From NCBI RefSeq assembly GCF_009914755.1, contig NC_060932.1: DNA of 64,000 nt. One strand, given 5' to 3'. The stretch is from the human T2T-CHM13v2.0 reference genome, Homo sapiens. Shown here in pieces: positions 1-14,870 of the stretch (within the stretch, counting starts at the first letter, position 1; the number at the start of each line of letters is the position of its first letter). The notes beneath the pieces were generated by a model, which made no database searches, was not told the origin of the DNA, and saw only the letters and a program-made list of their open reading frames with translations. Both the position numbers and the translations under genes were made by a program.

Positions 1-218
1 GCTTCATGCTAGTACTTTCCCCACCAATCATTTGCTGACTATGCTACTGATAAAGTACTCATCATTTTTGCCTCTGATTCTAGTTAGAAAATGAGTCTAC
101 CTTTCCCCTGACACAGGGAGTAAACTGTGAAATGATAAGCACTTTGCCTAAGAACAGGAAACACTCCATGAAAACACTGAGATGAAAACCTCAAATATGA
201 CATTTAAATGAATGGGTA

Positions 219-431
219 AGCCTGAGCAACATAGAAAGATCCCGTCTCTGTAATTTTTTTTTTTCACTTAGCTACCCATGGTGGAACACACCTGTACTAG
301 ATACTTGGGGTGGGGCTGAGCTGGGAGGATGGCTTGAGCCCAGGAGTTTGAAGCTGAAGTAAGCCTTGATCATGCCACTGTGCTCCAGCCAGGGCAACAG
401 AGCAGGACTCTGTCTCTAAAATAAATAAATA
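219..431 (+). mobile_element. 5'-truncated Alu (AluJ-like)
   Basis: End of left arm (gcctgagcaacatag...cccgtctct), right arm ggaggatggcttgagcccaggagtttgaagctg...tccagcc, and A-rich tail aaaataaataaata. Confidence 0.9.
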
Positions 432-920
432 CATCTGAATTTTTTTTTTGCTTTTATGTAAGCTAAAGTGAGTGCTTTAAAGATATTCAGGAAGAGTGTG
501 TGGCTGAATTTTTTTTTCTTTTTAATTAGTATAAGTATGGCAGTTTTAAAAGATTGGGGAGAGGAAGAGTATAAAACTCCAGACAGATCTTCACACAAAT
601 TGCTTAGCAAGGGTCTTTAAGGACTCTTTTCACTTTGAAGGAATTACAACTGGAGATTGGAAATGGTAGATTTCAGAGTAAAGTTTTGGAAGAAAGATAA
701 TGCAGAATTCTAACTGTCTATATCAAAGAAATGAGAGTTGCCTTGCCTCTTCCCTAACCCCCACCCCAGTAAAATATTGGCAAATGAATGTCTTTTATGC
801 ATTTTACATTAAAATGACATTTTTAAATTATGTATTATGTTTTTTACTGATTTTCTCACTTTAACCAATTTTTGCTTTAATTACTACTATTTTCACTCAT
901 GTCAGATAAGTCAGCTTTCC

Positions 921-1165
921 TGCATAGCAAGGTGGTTGAATACATAGGCTCTGTAGACAGACATCCAGATCTGGTGCTTCTTACTGTTTGTGACTTTAGG
1001 CAAGCTGCTTAACTACTCTGATTTTCTATGTCACTATTTGTGAAATGATGATGGTAATATATCTACTTCTTAAGTTTGTAAAGAGGATTAAATAAGATCA
1101 TTCATATTAAGGACTTGGCATTCTGTTCATCTCTGACAACACAGTAAACTCGTAATAAACAATAT
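921..1165 (+). mobile_element. MIR SINE
   Basis: gtggttgaatacataggctctg...tgtgactttaggcaagctgcttaac...gaggattaaataagat matches MIR consensus; boundaries approximate. Confidence 0.75.
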
Positions 1166-1202
1166 CAATTTAGATATTTTATAGCAAAAATTGTAACCCA
1201 GG

Positions 1203-1589
1203 TGCATTGGTCTCTTTGGCCTGCATAACAAAATACCACAAACTGAGTGGTTTAAACAACAGAAGCTAATTTTCTCACAATTCTGGAGGGTGGAAGTCCA
1301 AAATCAAGGTACCAGCAGGATTGGTTTCTAGTGAAGTGTTTCTCCTCAGTTTGCAGATGATGTCTTCTCATTCTGTCCTCATAAGGCATTTTCTTTGTGC
1401 GCACATAAAGAAAAGGAGTCCTGGGGTCTCTTCTTCTTACAAGAGCAGCAGTCCTATCGGATTAGGGCCCAGCTTCATGACTCCATTTCACCTAATTACC
1501 CCCTGAAAGGCCATTTTTCCAGTATAGTCACATTAGGGCTTCAACATATTATTTTTGGGGAGACTCAAGTTGGTTCAAACACTAGTACA
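1203..1589 (-). mobile_element. MLT1 (ERVL-MaLR) solo LTR
   Basis: gcataacaaaataccacaaactgagtggtttaaacaacagaa...ttctcacaattctggagg...gaagtccaaaatcaagg...gcttcaacatat, typical of MLT1A/B. Confidence 0.85.
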
Positions 1590-1974
1590 TTTATACTCTA
1601 CTTATAAAAAGTAGAGTAGCCTTGGGAAGCAGAAATGACCCGTCATGAAGGATGAACTCCAAAGAGTTCTCTCCAAAAAGAGGACAAGTTTCAGTCCACA
1701 GTGATCCAAATTGAAGAGAATTAGAGAACCTGAACTCCATACTTAAATCTACCATTCACTATATGAAATTGCAATAATTACGTAATTTCCTTCTTTCTTA
1801 GATACACACATTAAATCTAATTATAGATGAGCCCATCATCTACTTGCTTCAAAGGATGTATAAAGGACTAACATAACACTGCTTAATACAATAACTAGTC
1901 TGAAATTTCTGGAAAGGGTAAGGTAAATTCCAAGGAGCAAAAACAAGCTTATTCTCCTTGGTTTTATCTTTATT

Positions 1975-3620
1975 GATTCTTCCATTTGTTCATTAAAAAT
2001 GTATTGATTACCTACCATGTGCCAGACACTATGGGTACAAAAGAAATAGTTTCTAGAACATGACCTTAAATGACTCACAGGCCACTGGGAAAGGGAGACA
2101 TGTAAAGAAGTAATTGTGACGAGCCAGAAACATAGTACACAGTTGCAAATTTAAATGCCATGAAAATGTAATAATAGCTATCACTTGTTGGGTGCTCACT
2201 ATGATATCCCAGTTACCATGGCACATGCTTTATATTCACCATCTCATCTAATGTTTGCAATAATATTGAGTTAAATACTGTTATTAACAACATTTTATGG
2301 GATTAGAGAGACTAGGTGTCTTGTTCAACGGCTCATAATTGAAAAGCAATAGACCTTAGGTGAGAATTCAGTTGTGTCCAATTCTTGAGTGCATTTTCAT
2401 AACCACAGTCTCCACTGTCTCCCTGCTCTGGGAGCACAAAAGATTATCTAAATCTTTTTGAACCATGGAAGATCTAACAGAAGACATTACTGTTGAGCTG
2501 GCTGTTGAAGGATGAAGAGAAGTTGACCAGGTAGAGAAGGGGGAGGCAGGCATGCAGGAAGACAAAGCCGTGAAGGAACACAGCTTACTCAGGCATGGAG
2601 AGTAGGACTTATATCAGGGAATGGCCCTGTGTGAGATCAAGAACACAGAGAGGACCATGCTTTATCCTCAAGACATCAGGGGACCCTGGAGTTTTTTGAG
2701 CAGGAGAGAAACATAAAATGAAATAAGTTTTGTATTTTGTTAGGGCACTCTGATGGGTGCCCTAACGGGGTATTCTGGCATGGAGAGGGCAGTATATCAG
2801 AAAGTTGCACCATATTAGAAAGAAGAATACCAGTTCACCACTATAGTAGGCCAAGCAGGAGGTGATATTAATCTGAATTCAGGAAATGGGAGTAGAACTG
2901 GGGAGGAGAATGTTGAAAAGATATACTTAAGAAAGAGATTTGCCAGTAGTTTGCAGTTAATTAGAGATGAGAAATGAATTGAGTGAGAAGGTGAGACTGA
3001 CTCCCAGGTTCCTAGTTCAAAGAATTGGGTGAAATATGATGCTCAGAAGCAATAGAGGGGAAATAGGAGAAGTGGGTTCAGAGTGGATGAAAGAATTCCA
3101 TTTAGATACTCTCAGTTGCTTGTGTGATATATAAGTAAATGTTGCTGTAAGACAACACTAAATGCAATTCTGGAAGCCCAGGGAAAGAAGTCAGGGCTGG
3201 AAGTGGTGATTTGGAACCAATTATCCATAGGCCTTGACCTCAAGTCAAGGTAGTAAATGAAAGACCCCAGGAGAGCAGCTTGGGAAAGAGAACCCTGCTA
3301 AGGTCAGCACCCAGAGGAACTCGAGTAAATGAAGAGACACTAACCAGGGGAGTCAGAGACACAGGAGAGAACCAGGGCAGAGTGGCATTCTGGAAGTCAA
3401 GAGAATTCAACAGGGTAACAGGACTCAATGCCACAGAGGATAAGTGAGGATTTTTTAAATGTCCACTGAATTTGACAAGTAGGAGGTCACTGATGACACT
3501 GCAGAAGTGGCGTCGTTAGAATGTGGGGACAGATGCCAGATTATAGTGGGTAATGGGAGGAGGAAATGCAGGCCTTGAGAAAGAATATGTTTTTAAGAAC
3601 TTTGGCACTCGAGGGAAGGA
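1975..3620 (-). mobile_element. L2 LINE fragments, with a nested MIR at ~2170-2410
   Basis: ttcattaaaaatgtattgattacctaccatgtgccagacact (reverse L2 3' end) followed by purine-rich L2 body (gagctggctgttgaaggatg; ggaggtcactgatgac). Confidence 0.7.
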
Positions 3621-4207
3621 TTGTTCTGTGACAGCAGCCAGCAGGGAAGCAGGACCCAGAGAGAACGGGTGGTTTTTTTTCTCCTACTACCTCTTATATT
3701 TCTAACAATATCCTAATTTTTCAGGTCTTTGAAAAACACCTTACAGATACTTTTTAAAGTTTTCATTTGCTAGTGATAAATAAAATGTGCTTGTATGTGT
3801 AATTTGTATAGAAGATTTTCTTATACTTACTCTATGTCCAGCTGACATAAAAGTCTTAATAAACTGGTCTTTCCTGAGGAGTATCAAGTTCAGAATGCTT
3901 TCATATACTCTTTCTCTGTTGGTTTTCATTCAAACATATTCTAAATCTGTTAATGTTATTTAATTTGTGTTTACTGTATGATGAGAATGAAGAAAACAAC
4001 CTATGTGAGCATTTCCATGAATAAACAGACTGGCTTGGGGAAAAAACAGTCAGCAAATGACTCTTCCCAAGGATTTGCATGTTCAGAGCATTGACAGGGA
4101 GAGATTCTTAAAATGTGACTGAAATGTTCAGAGTGATTAGTATGAGGCAAGATGTTAGAGACTCAGGCAGTTTTCTAAGCTTCAGACAAGAGAGATCTAC
4201 AGTTCTA

Positions 4208-4587
<380 letters not shown>

Positions 4588-4924
4588 AAAGAACTCTTGG
4601 ATCCAGGCTTCACTTACTCCTTAGAGGAAACACAATTAATTAACTGGATTAGAAGGCCCTCCTTGGTGAAATACAGAGTTCCCTTTGATGAAGCATCTTC
4701 ATCAGTTCAAACTGAAAGGCCACCTCTCTTCATGAAATGCCAACTGAAAATCATTTGAGAGCAGCCAGTACTCTCCAATTTTTCTGGCTTGGTTATCTGT
4801 TCCAGAGGCCCCAAAACTGATCCAAGCACCTTTGCAAAGTAAAGAAAAGAAAAGACCTCAAGTAACATGTTGAGATAATATCTTCTAGGGCTTGAAGTAA
4901 GATTTGTCCATGTTAAAAATCTAT

Positions 4925-5230
4925 TAGTAACAATAGGCCTACTTCTTTAGTACTTATTATATGCCAGGCACAATCCTACCAGTGAGTGTACCTACAGTTC
5001 AGAGAGAGAAAGAGAAAAATCACAAGGATTGCCTGGGGCTTTATAGACATGGTTCATGTTTACTATAGCAATCCAATGAGGAAGGATGTCTTCATCCCAT
5101 TTAGCAGCAGTAAATGGGGCTGAGAAACTCAGTGGTTTGTCCAGGGTCACAGAGCTGGCAATAGCAGAGTGTCCAATGTAGGGCTCTGGGCCTGAGGTCT
5201 GGTCTCCGCCTTGCTCCAGGATGCCTTCTT
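4925..5230 (-). mobile_element. MIR SINE
   Basis: tacttattatatgccaggca...tgtccagggtcacagagctggcaatagcagag. Confidence 0.6.
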
Positions 5231-5553
5231 GTAGCCAGATAGTTAAGCTAACAAAACCCCTTTGTGCCTCTCAGTAGATTGCACATCCCACATTTCTCTG
5301 GCTTAATCAGCATTTTAAAAATATTTTTCCCCACCTCCCAAGCTGTGTGTTTACTTTTTATGACCACTAATAGCATTTGTGACTTTGTAAGCTAAGATGA
5401 TGAAGTAAAAATCAATTTGTCTCAAGGTAAAAACTAACCATCTTTATTATCAACAAAAGATTTCTCTTGTTAGGAATATTTTCTACCTGTATTAATGTAT
5501 TTATGTATTTAACAGATTTTCCCCTTCTCCCCAGGCCAAATTGTATTGACCGT

Positions 5554-5738
5554 CAGTGGCATTTAAACTGGTTGCATGGTACTTGGGCAGCCTAGGGAAA
5601 AAACTTTAAAAAATACTGATGCCAGGATCCCATACTCAGATATTCTATTTTAATTATCCTGTGGTGGAATCCAGGCATATATATATTTTTAAATTTTCCT
5701 AGAGGGTTCTATGGTACAACTAGAGTTGGAAACCACTG
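5554..5738. mobile_element. MER5B-like hAT-Charlie MITE
   Basis: Terminal inverted repeats cagtgg...aaccactg; internal ctttaaaaaatactgatgccagg. Confidence 0.8.
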
Positions 5739-6560
5739 ACGTCCACAATCTGATAGCTCTACTGATAGCCTGAAAGCTAAATCATGTGTTTATAAGACAT
5801 CCAAGCCTACCCAGTTAAGTATCTTACCTTGATCTTTTATATAATGTCAGCCATATGGAAGATAGCATAGTGAAGAATCAATAGCACTTATCAATAAAAC
5901 CATAGGTCCCGGAATTCTTTTTATCCTTCTGATTAAATATCTTAGAATTTAAGTTGTTGAAATGTTTAAGAAAAATGAACAATAACACCCTTTCCCTCTC
6001 CCCTCTTCAAACCAAAGAATGACGGTTTGAAACCTGTGACTAGCTAGACAATTCTAAATGTTCTTGTTTGTTAAGCAACTAAAATGTCCTGGATTTTCCA
6101 GTACAGCATCAATTTCAAATATCCTTTCGTATTCTGATGATTACACGGATACCACATTTATGTGTTCATTCAAGTATTTGGTGAGAACCTATCAGATTCT
6201 AAGTACTGGGGTTGGTTTCTGCTTTTACCAAACTTAACATCCTAGAGGGAGGATTAGAAATGAACAAATTAATGAACCAGAAAAAAACTAGTGCTAGGAA
6301 GAAAAAAACAAGTGTGTCACAGATACTAATGGGTAGTTACTTGAGATTTAGTGATTAGGGAAGGCTTATCTGTGGAGGTGACAATTGAGCCAAGAAACAA
6401 ATGACAAGAAGGAGCCAGCCTTGTGAAAATCTAAGGAGAACACATTTGGAGCAGAAATTCCCTAAGCAGGAATGGGCTTAGTGTGCTAAAATACCACGAA
6501 GGAAAGCAAGAATCAGAGGAGACATGGATGTGGAGGTAGGCAGTCAACCAGTCATGTAGG

Positions 6561-6966
6561 CAATGTTTCTATAGTAACTCTGACTGCATCTTCCAGATCT
6601 CTTTAAAAAAAAATACCAAAGCCTAGGCCCACCCCAGTCCATCAATTCAGAATTTTTAGGATTAGGGGAGTAACTCCACAAAATGACCCCTTAAATAAAT
6701 GATCTGAATGTTTTCTGCTACTACTTTTAAAAGTTCTGTTAACAGTTGTGTACTGTGAATAGAATGGTATTTTTAAAGCAACGTTAACCAGTTTAACAGA
6801 AAATACACTGCATGAACTAATCCATGTGCCACAAAAAGGGCCAAATGTTTCAGTGACACAGGAAATCCAATTACAGTTGCCTTGAGCTTAGTCATTTATT
6901 CATCAGAGAGTTTCAACATTTGATTTCTCTAGGTGTTCCCCATGTGCAGAAAGGACTGAGCCACTT
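6561..6966. mobile_element. MER5-like MITE with ~260-bp internal captured segment
   Basis: caatgtttct...ctttaaaaaaaaataccaaagcctaggcccaccccag...attcagaat [insert] ...ctctaggtgttccccatgtgcag...gactgagccact; flanks catgtagg / taagtaag resemble a decayed 8-bp TSD in the L2. Confidence 0.65.
6655..6915 (+). repeat. Local direct duplication, copy 1 (partner 8372-8638)
   Basis: taggggagtaactccacaaaatgaccccttaaataaatga...catcagagagtttca aligns collinearly to copy 2, ~80-85% identity by eye. Confidence 0.95.
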
Positions 6967-7303
6967 AAGTAAGCCTTTGAAGGCCAGGGTAAGGACGTAA
7001 GGAAATGGAGTTTTGTTTTATGTATAATGAGAATTAACTAACTGAATGGCTTTAAGAAGGGAAGTGATGCCACTCAGTGGAAAATGGATTTGGGCCAACT
7101 CAGCAAGATCAGAAATGAGGAAAGCGGTTAAGAGACAACTGCAGTATTCTAGAAGAGAGGCAATGGTGGTTTGTCCTAGTTTGGAACAAGTAGAGAGAAG
7201 TGGTCAGGTTTGTCATGTTGCAGGCATAGTTACAAGTGTAGAGTCTACAACATTTACTGGATTGGAGATGGGATGACTTCTACGGTTAAGGTTAAAAAAT
7301 GGT

Positions 7304-7702
<399 letters not shown>

Positions 7703-8371
7703 TCAACTTGCTGATTGGTCAGTTAAGTGACAAGATCTAATAGGCAATTGAATAGATGATTATGGAGCTCAGCACAAGATTGAGGTGAGAGATACAAATT
7801 TAGAAGCCCCCATTATGTAGAAACTATTCAGAGTCATTGAGATGGCTTAAGAGTATCTGGAGAGAAAGCAGCCAAAGGAGAAAGTATTTAAAGCAGAAAG
7901 GAATGGCCAGCTGGGCCAAATACTGCTGAGGGTCTAATAGAGAAGTAACCACTGGAAAAAAAAGTTGTGTCTCCATTTTAGGGTTTAGGAAATATGGTCA
8001 CCATAGGAAATACTGGTAATGACAATAAGATTCTTTCTACATGTTAACAGATACATTTGGCAAAATAGCCCTGGACTGAAAATATATAGGTAAAAATGGT
8101 AAAGATGTGTGTGTGGGATCGGTACAAGATCATTAAGAGGTAGTAAGATTTAGAGTTTTAATACCACTCCAGACAAAAAAAGCATATGGATCACATTTCT
8201 TTCTAAAGTAGAAAAAGTGGATGTGTTACAAAGTAGACAAATAGTGACTCAATAAATTTTACGTATTTTCTACTTGCCTATTTAAAAGAAAATTCCACTG
8301 GACCTAGAGTTGATATGTAAGATACAACAGTTGTGGGCTAGGCTAGAAATTTCAATCCGTAAAATGACCTA

Positions 8372-8638
8372 TTCTGGGACTAGGGGAGCAACTCCACAAT
8401 ATGACCCTTTAAATAAATGATTTGAATATTTTCTGCCACTACTTTAAAAGTGCTACTGAAAGTTGTATAATGTGAATGGAATGGTAAGCTATTTTTTAAA
8501 GCAACCTGAATTTGTTTAAAGTAAAATACAATGCATGAGCAAATCCATGTGCCACACAAGGAGCCAGATGTTTCAATGACACAGGAAATCGGATTACAGT
8601 TACCTTGAGCTTAGCCTTTTGTTCATCAGAGGGCTTCA
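8372..8638 (+). repeat. Local direct duplication, copy 2 (probable donor)
   Basis: taggggagcaactccacaatatgaccctttaaataaatga...catcagagggcttca. Confidence 0.95.
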
Positions 8639-11600
8639 TTTCCAAAAACAAACAAACAAAAAACTAAAATTAGAATTTCACCCTTCAAATGTCCTAAAAT
8701 GCCTCATACATATTAGTGTGAACTGGGAAAAGGAGCTGAGACATTGTAAAATTCCTGAAGATGGCTCTAAATACATACCAAACAAAGCCAAAAACATTTG
8801 TGCAACCATTGTTCATACTGATGGTAAAGAACAACATATTCCTGTTATTCTTCATACAGCACGCAAACAAGCAAGCATCCCTCTCAGAGAGGCATAAAAT
8901 TATGCATCAAAAACCAAATTAGCTTCTATAATTTGAAAGAGTTTGAAAGCAGTAAAGTCTTTTTCCAAATGACTGATACATGAATATGTGGCCCCCAGAA
9001 ACCATTGTCCAACTTGCAATATGGTGTGTAACGCCCAGAAAAAAGTATACCCAATAAAGTAAAGCTCCTTTCTTACATAATAAATAGATCATAATAGTTA
9101 CCCTTTTAAGGCTCCATCTGGCATGCCTTACATTAGGCAGCCACATTTATGACCCATGATCTCTTGTATCACCAGGAAATATTTACTGAAGGAAATATTT
9201 GTTCAGGTTTGTTTGTCGTGGGGTGACCACCTGGTTGGAGCCGATGTGATAGTCAGTGTTTGAATTATCACAGATTCAGGTTTGCTCTTTACAGCCAAAA
9301 TCTGGCATTTCTCATATCTCCCTGGGTTTTCATCACAAATACAGAAGGGTGAAATTAAAGACATGATCTTATGTATTAAAGGATATAAAGATAAATATGT
9401 TTGCTCCTTTTTTATTGAGGTAAACAGCTGGCTAATGTTAATCATACAGCCAGCGATTTGGTAACTTTCCAAATATATAAAAAATAAATTTATTTTATCA
9501 TTATTTCTGTGACTTTTAGATGGTTTCAGAAAACAGATTCATGTCAAATTTAAAAGTAATTATGGTTTTCAGCTTCCCACTGGTGCTGTGGGAGAATTTA
9601 GAAATATATAGGTCATTTTTTTGAGATAATAAGATTGGGATTAATGTACCTATCCAATCAAATCAGAGTTACTCTAACTTACTAAAAAGTGTAAATCAAA
9701 ATGCCCTAAAAACTCCTCTGGAAATGAATCAGGGAAACAGTTTTGGCCCATTGTCACAGAATAAATAAGCCAAACAAATATTTTCGATCTTATAGTAGCT
9801 AAAATAATTGTATGAGAACTTTGGTTTGTCACCAAAATGATATCAACTGAATACTGAAAAGTATACTCTGGGGTGCATGTCTTATGTGGAAAATTTTAGT
9901 TCCATTTTGCAGTGTCTGTAAAGTTATTTTCTGATAATTCCTGAGCAGGGAAAGCTTGCTAGATACTCTCAGAAATGTTTTTAGGTGAATCTGATAACCA
10001 ATTAGGATCAAGTGTGTGAAAGTGCTTTGTAAATTACAAATAATTCTATTTATTTGAGCATCATGACCTCTCCAGGTCAATAACGATGGTACGATATGAC
10101 ATTTGATATGATATGATTTAATAATGAGAGCCTCAGATTCTACTGGGCTCCTTATTTTATGATTCAGGTGATGCTGGGGATGACATTTGTAATCTCTAAA
10201 AGAGAATCCTTGTTTGCCTGAATTTGCAAAGATTATTGTTAAAAGTATCTTAAAAGATTTTTGAAGAGTCTATTAATACAGTCAGCTCAAAGACTTCTGG
10301 AAACGTACTATATACTAAAATGAGTCTTCCCATTTTGTCACCTCAGAAACCAGAAGTTCCAACTTCCATGGCTTACTAATAAACATAATCCTGCCAATAA
10401 ATTATCTCCCAACCTGTTTGTGTAATAAAAAATTGACCTCATTTAAATTAACAGCGGAACACCTCCAGTCCAGGGGGCTGCTCTCCCCACCCTAGAGGCC
10501 ACAAGAGTTTAGCTTTTACCTCCTGTCAGTTTGATCAGTTTATTTTTCCACTTATATTTTTAACTTTATCACTGAGAAAATGTGCTACAAATAGGAGTAG
10601 CTTAATAAAGTGAAATGAAGTTTGTGAGATTCAACATCTAGCACCTGCCAGGTTTAGAGCATTTTCTCATCCATCTGGGATAACCCATGCTGACAAAGCT
10701 TAGCTCTGTGAAACCAATTATCCACATCGCTTACAGGGACATGGCCTGAACTAGATTATGATTATGCCCACTGCTGTGAATACATGACAACTCCCAGGGG
10801 TTGCGTGTAATGCCACTGTGGCATACCCCATGGATGTCTTTTTGGAGGGTGGGAAGGGTGGCAAACAGCTGAAAGAGGACTCCCAGTGCGTTGCAATTTT
10901 TTTAATGTGTTTTCATGACCAAAACTTTTAAAATTTTATATCTGTGTCTAACCATGTCTTAGATCCCATTTCCTATCTCACTTGTCCTTTACAACATTGT
11001 TTTCCTATCTCATTTCTTTCCCTACCATTTCCCTTCTTCATATACAACACTGAACTCTTTCCTTCAAAGTATTTTCATCAGGATGGTTTATGATGGGTCA
11101 AGGTTGGAAAACACATAGCAATTCTGCATTTGCCGTTGATGCTAAGCAGCAACTTACATCTTCTGCATTTTTATGACTTTTAAGAAAATAGCCCCTAGTT
11201 TGAAAATCTGCAAGCTCTGCCTAGATTAGTGATACCCATAGGAACTTTCCTGTTATGTTTTAAGACTAGCCTACAAAGATTGAGTTTTATCCCAAATCTC
11301 TGCATCTCAATGATTTTGTAATCCAAAACAAACATGCAATTCTTCAGTGACACAAGCATGAATGCCCTGACACGCCTACTGGAAGGTGAGCTTTTTCTGA
11401 AGGCAGGCTCTGTGTATATTTCTTATATCATCCTACCATAGCACTCAGCATAATGCCTTGCTCACAGAGTGGTTCACTAAGTGCTTGTGAAAGTGGCCCT
11501 TCTACTTCTACCTTCTGCCCTTCGACTCCTGGGAACCCCCAAATAGCTAAATATTAAAACCTACCTCCCGTAACTTGGGAATCCTGGTCAAATTTAAACA

Positions 11601-12420
11601 CATACCAATAGAGATGTTGATAAAGAGTGGTGTCTTTTTGGTGGGAGAAAACTTCCCCTGGCTCATTCCCACCTCCCATCTCCCACCAAACACATTGGTA
11701 TTCCATTTCTATTTCCTTACTTCATCAAGGACCCATTCTCACAGTATTACTCCCCCTAATGGTAGAGACAGTCTACCATGTAGTACAGATTTGTAGGTTT
11801 CCAGTGGATTAATACGAAAAGCCCGATTCCTTTAAGAACTGGTGTTTTAGGGGAGGAGGCACAGGATGAGCAAGTTACCAGATAACTATCTGGTGGGGCA
11901 AGGAAGTGACAAAAAAGTGAAGAGAATCTCTCGCTATCTTTTTTCTTCTTGCAGCCCCTTGACTGCCAAGCCTCTCCAGGACCACATTTGCCAACAGAGC
12001 ACCACCATCTCTGGGGGCATTATCACTGTGAAGTATCTCAACGGGAGTCTCAGAGCAGAGCTCTCTTAGTTATAGGCTTTAGTTCCAAAATGCGGGAGAC
12101 ACCCAAGCTATGTCCCTGTGTGAAGACCACATGAGAGTGCCCCATCACCATCTTCTCACCTCTATAGATGGCCCCTTGGTCACATCATCACACTTGTTTT
12201 GCACAATTCAGAGAGCCAGGTGAAAAGTACTAGAGAATAAGTTTTTCCTACATTCTAGTGTAGTGCTGTCTCCTTCAGCAAATCAATGTTAGTTTTCTTA
12301 ACTAGAAAATTAAAATAACACTTTCCTCCTGACCCCCATCTAAAAAACTAAATAAATAACCAATAAATACGCATTAAGGACTCAACTCTTTTTAAATAAA
12401 ATGCACTGTTCAAGAGCACA

Positions 12421-12460
12421 TTATTATTATTTATTATTATTATTTTTTATTATTATTATT
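12421..12460. repeat. (TTA)n imperfect microsatellite
   Basis: ttattattatttattattattattttttattattattatt. Confidence 0.9.
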
Positions 12461-12599
12461 CTCCAATACAGGTTTGGTTTTCAGAACTCCACAAAACATA
12501 GCGATATTCACACTTTTAAACAAAAATAATTTACATTCAAAACACTGATGAAACAAATTTCCTTAGCACTTTTCTATGTTTCTAGAAGCTCGAAAACCA

Positions 12600-13150
12600 C
12601 ATTGTGGATTTTAAGAAAGGGTAGGGAATCAGACAAGACAATGATGTCCATGACCATAGAGTTACAATGTTTGGTCTGTCAGGTATCTAAAAAGATAGGA
12701 AAAGAAGGACAAGTGACACAAAAGTAGCAAATATGTATTCAGTACCTGCAGGCTCTGTACCAGATACCGAAAGATGGAGGTATCTGAAGACGTGGACATA
12801 AAAAATATAATTGAAGGAGAAATTTGATTTGTGGGAGGACCCAGATTAATTTTAGTCAGAAAGGCTTCTAGGAAGAGGCTGTGTTCAATATGAGCCCTGA
12901 AGGATAAGAGATTTTCAGTCCTGCTTAGAGCAGGACAGTTTACCTGTTGGGGTGCTTTCTGGCAAGGCTGTGGTCCATTTCCCTGGTCCATGTGCAAAAG
13001 GGAAGATAAGAGAACATTGGGCTAGCTGGTTGAGGCCAGAGCACGGTGGGCCTTGAAAACCAAGGCGAAAACCAATTTAAATGTCATCTGTAGGCCTTAA
13101 ACTTTGAAAGGTTTTGAGCATGGAACTGAAACGATCAGAATTATCTGTAT
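12600..13150 (-). mobile_element. L2 LINE fragment
   Basis: agtcagaaaggcttctaggaagagg...tgagccctgaagga...gggccttgaaaaccaagg...ggttttgagcatgg. Confidence 0.6.
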
Positions 13151-14569
13151 TTAAGTATAGAAGCAGGCAATTATCTAGGGTCCCATGAAATACATACGTG
13201 TGTAAACATATTTTGTTTTGCTTCTTGGAATGGCTTCATAGGCTGGAGAGGATAATTTTAAAAATAGACCTTTAGAAACCAAGGTTGGCAGAAGCATCAT
13301 GTCATTGAATATAACTATCCTCCTTCAAGAAAACAGTCCGATTTATTTTGTGGAAGATACAACAAGCTGCAGCTCTGTATTTCAACTACAATTCATAAAT
13401 GTTTACAGCGTTCAACACCTGACTCTTGACTATAGACCACTGTGTCTCTTGGCTAATGATTTTTGTTATTAAATAAATTTGAATTTTGTATGATAAAAAG
13501 ATTCCTGAAGTAGTTTGTTTATTCTTCAACAAAAGCCTCTGTGTTTGTAAAGAATCCCCAATGAGGCCAATAGCTCACTTGAATCAGTGCCTACCTCCCT
13601 TAGGCTCCATATTTGAAAAAATATGGTTATTACCCAGAGCTCCATAAAAGATTCAATATCTAATTTGTCTGTTGGGAGTCAATAAATAACTTTTGCCAAT
13701 GACACAATCTTTACTATCTTTTTATAGAGATTTTTGTCCCCCAGACCCTCAAGGGCAAGGAGGCAATTGGCTGCCGTTGTGTTTATTATTATAACAGATA
13801 GAATTTCAGATTCTGTTTCTGAAGTGACACTTTGTGGAGTGACACTGCATTTACAGTTACTGATAATAAAAATGGCTCTTAAAGTGGTAGAGTTTGGCTT
13901 CCAATAAGAAGAATACCAACTAAGTTAAAACTTCCCCATAGGTGCAGAGTCTTCCTGAAAGAGTGAAACTTCAGTTCCAACCTAGGTTGATGCCAGAACT
14001 CACAAGTGTCCCTCACATTATGTTTGCTCTGTTTCCTGTATGAGATGGTTCACTAGCGGCTCAAAATGTGAGCAAGAAAAATTGACACTGAGATCTGAGT
14101 GTTTTTCTGCCCCCTACCCCCACTCCAGGGAACATAATGCAAGCTAAACCCCTGTTAGACCTTGAGAGGATGGGGGCAACACTAAGTTTTACTAGAGTCT
14201 TTTGAATTAAAAATATGCCATTACTTGGTTTAAATAGTACTGTTTTACAGCATAGTAGTCATCATATACCCATTTTTGTAGATGCTTGTCCTAAACACCT
14301 AAGATATCTTTATTGCTAGCAGTGTCCTTTCTTTCTAAAAGAATAAACATAACATTTTAATTCTGTAAAAAGAATAGAACATGCTCACTGATCAGCTCTG
14401 AACACTTTTGTGGTGAGCCCCCTTGGGAAAATGTATATTGTACCCATTGTAGTTCAGGTTTTAGAACTGAATCCTTTGAAGGTCAGATAGCAAGATGCTT
14501 TACTTTTGTAGGTCATTTTGTTGTCATAATAGTTTCCACCATACCTAATTTTTTTTCCGAAGCATTTCT

Positions 14570-14870
14570 TCATTTCAAAATACATTTATTGAGTGTGAAT
14601 TGAAGCAGTGGATAAATGAAAATGAATGACATGTTCCATTCCTCAAGCCTAGTGAGGAACAGCCATTGAGTAAACTCTTCGCTATAATACGATACAGTGA
14701 GGACTGTGATAGAGGTAGAATCAGGGTGCAATAAGACCACCAAGGAGGAGGTTCTTTACCTTGGCACATCTGAGAAGGTGTCTGCAAAGAGGTGGCCTGT
14801 AGAAGCTTGGAGGGGGAGTAGAAGTTCCCCAGATGGACTAAAAGAGGGCTATGTGACAGAAAAAGAAAAA
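14570..14870 (-). mobile_element. L2 LINE fragment
   Basis: aaaatacatttattgagtg...cctcaagcctagtgagga. Confidence 0.55.
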
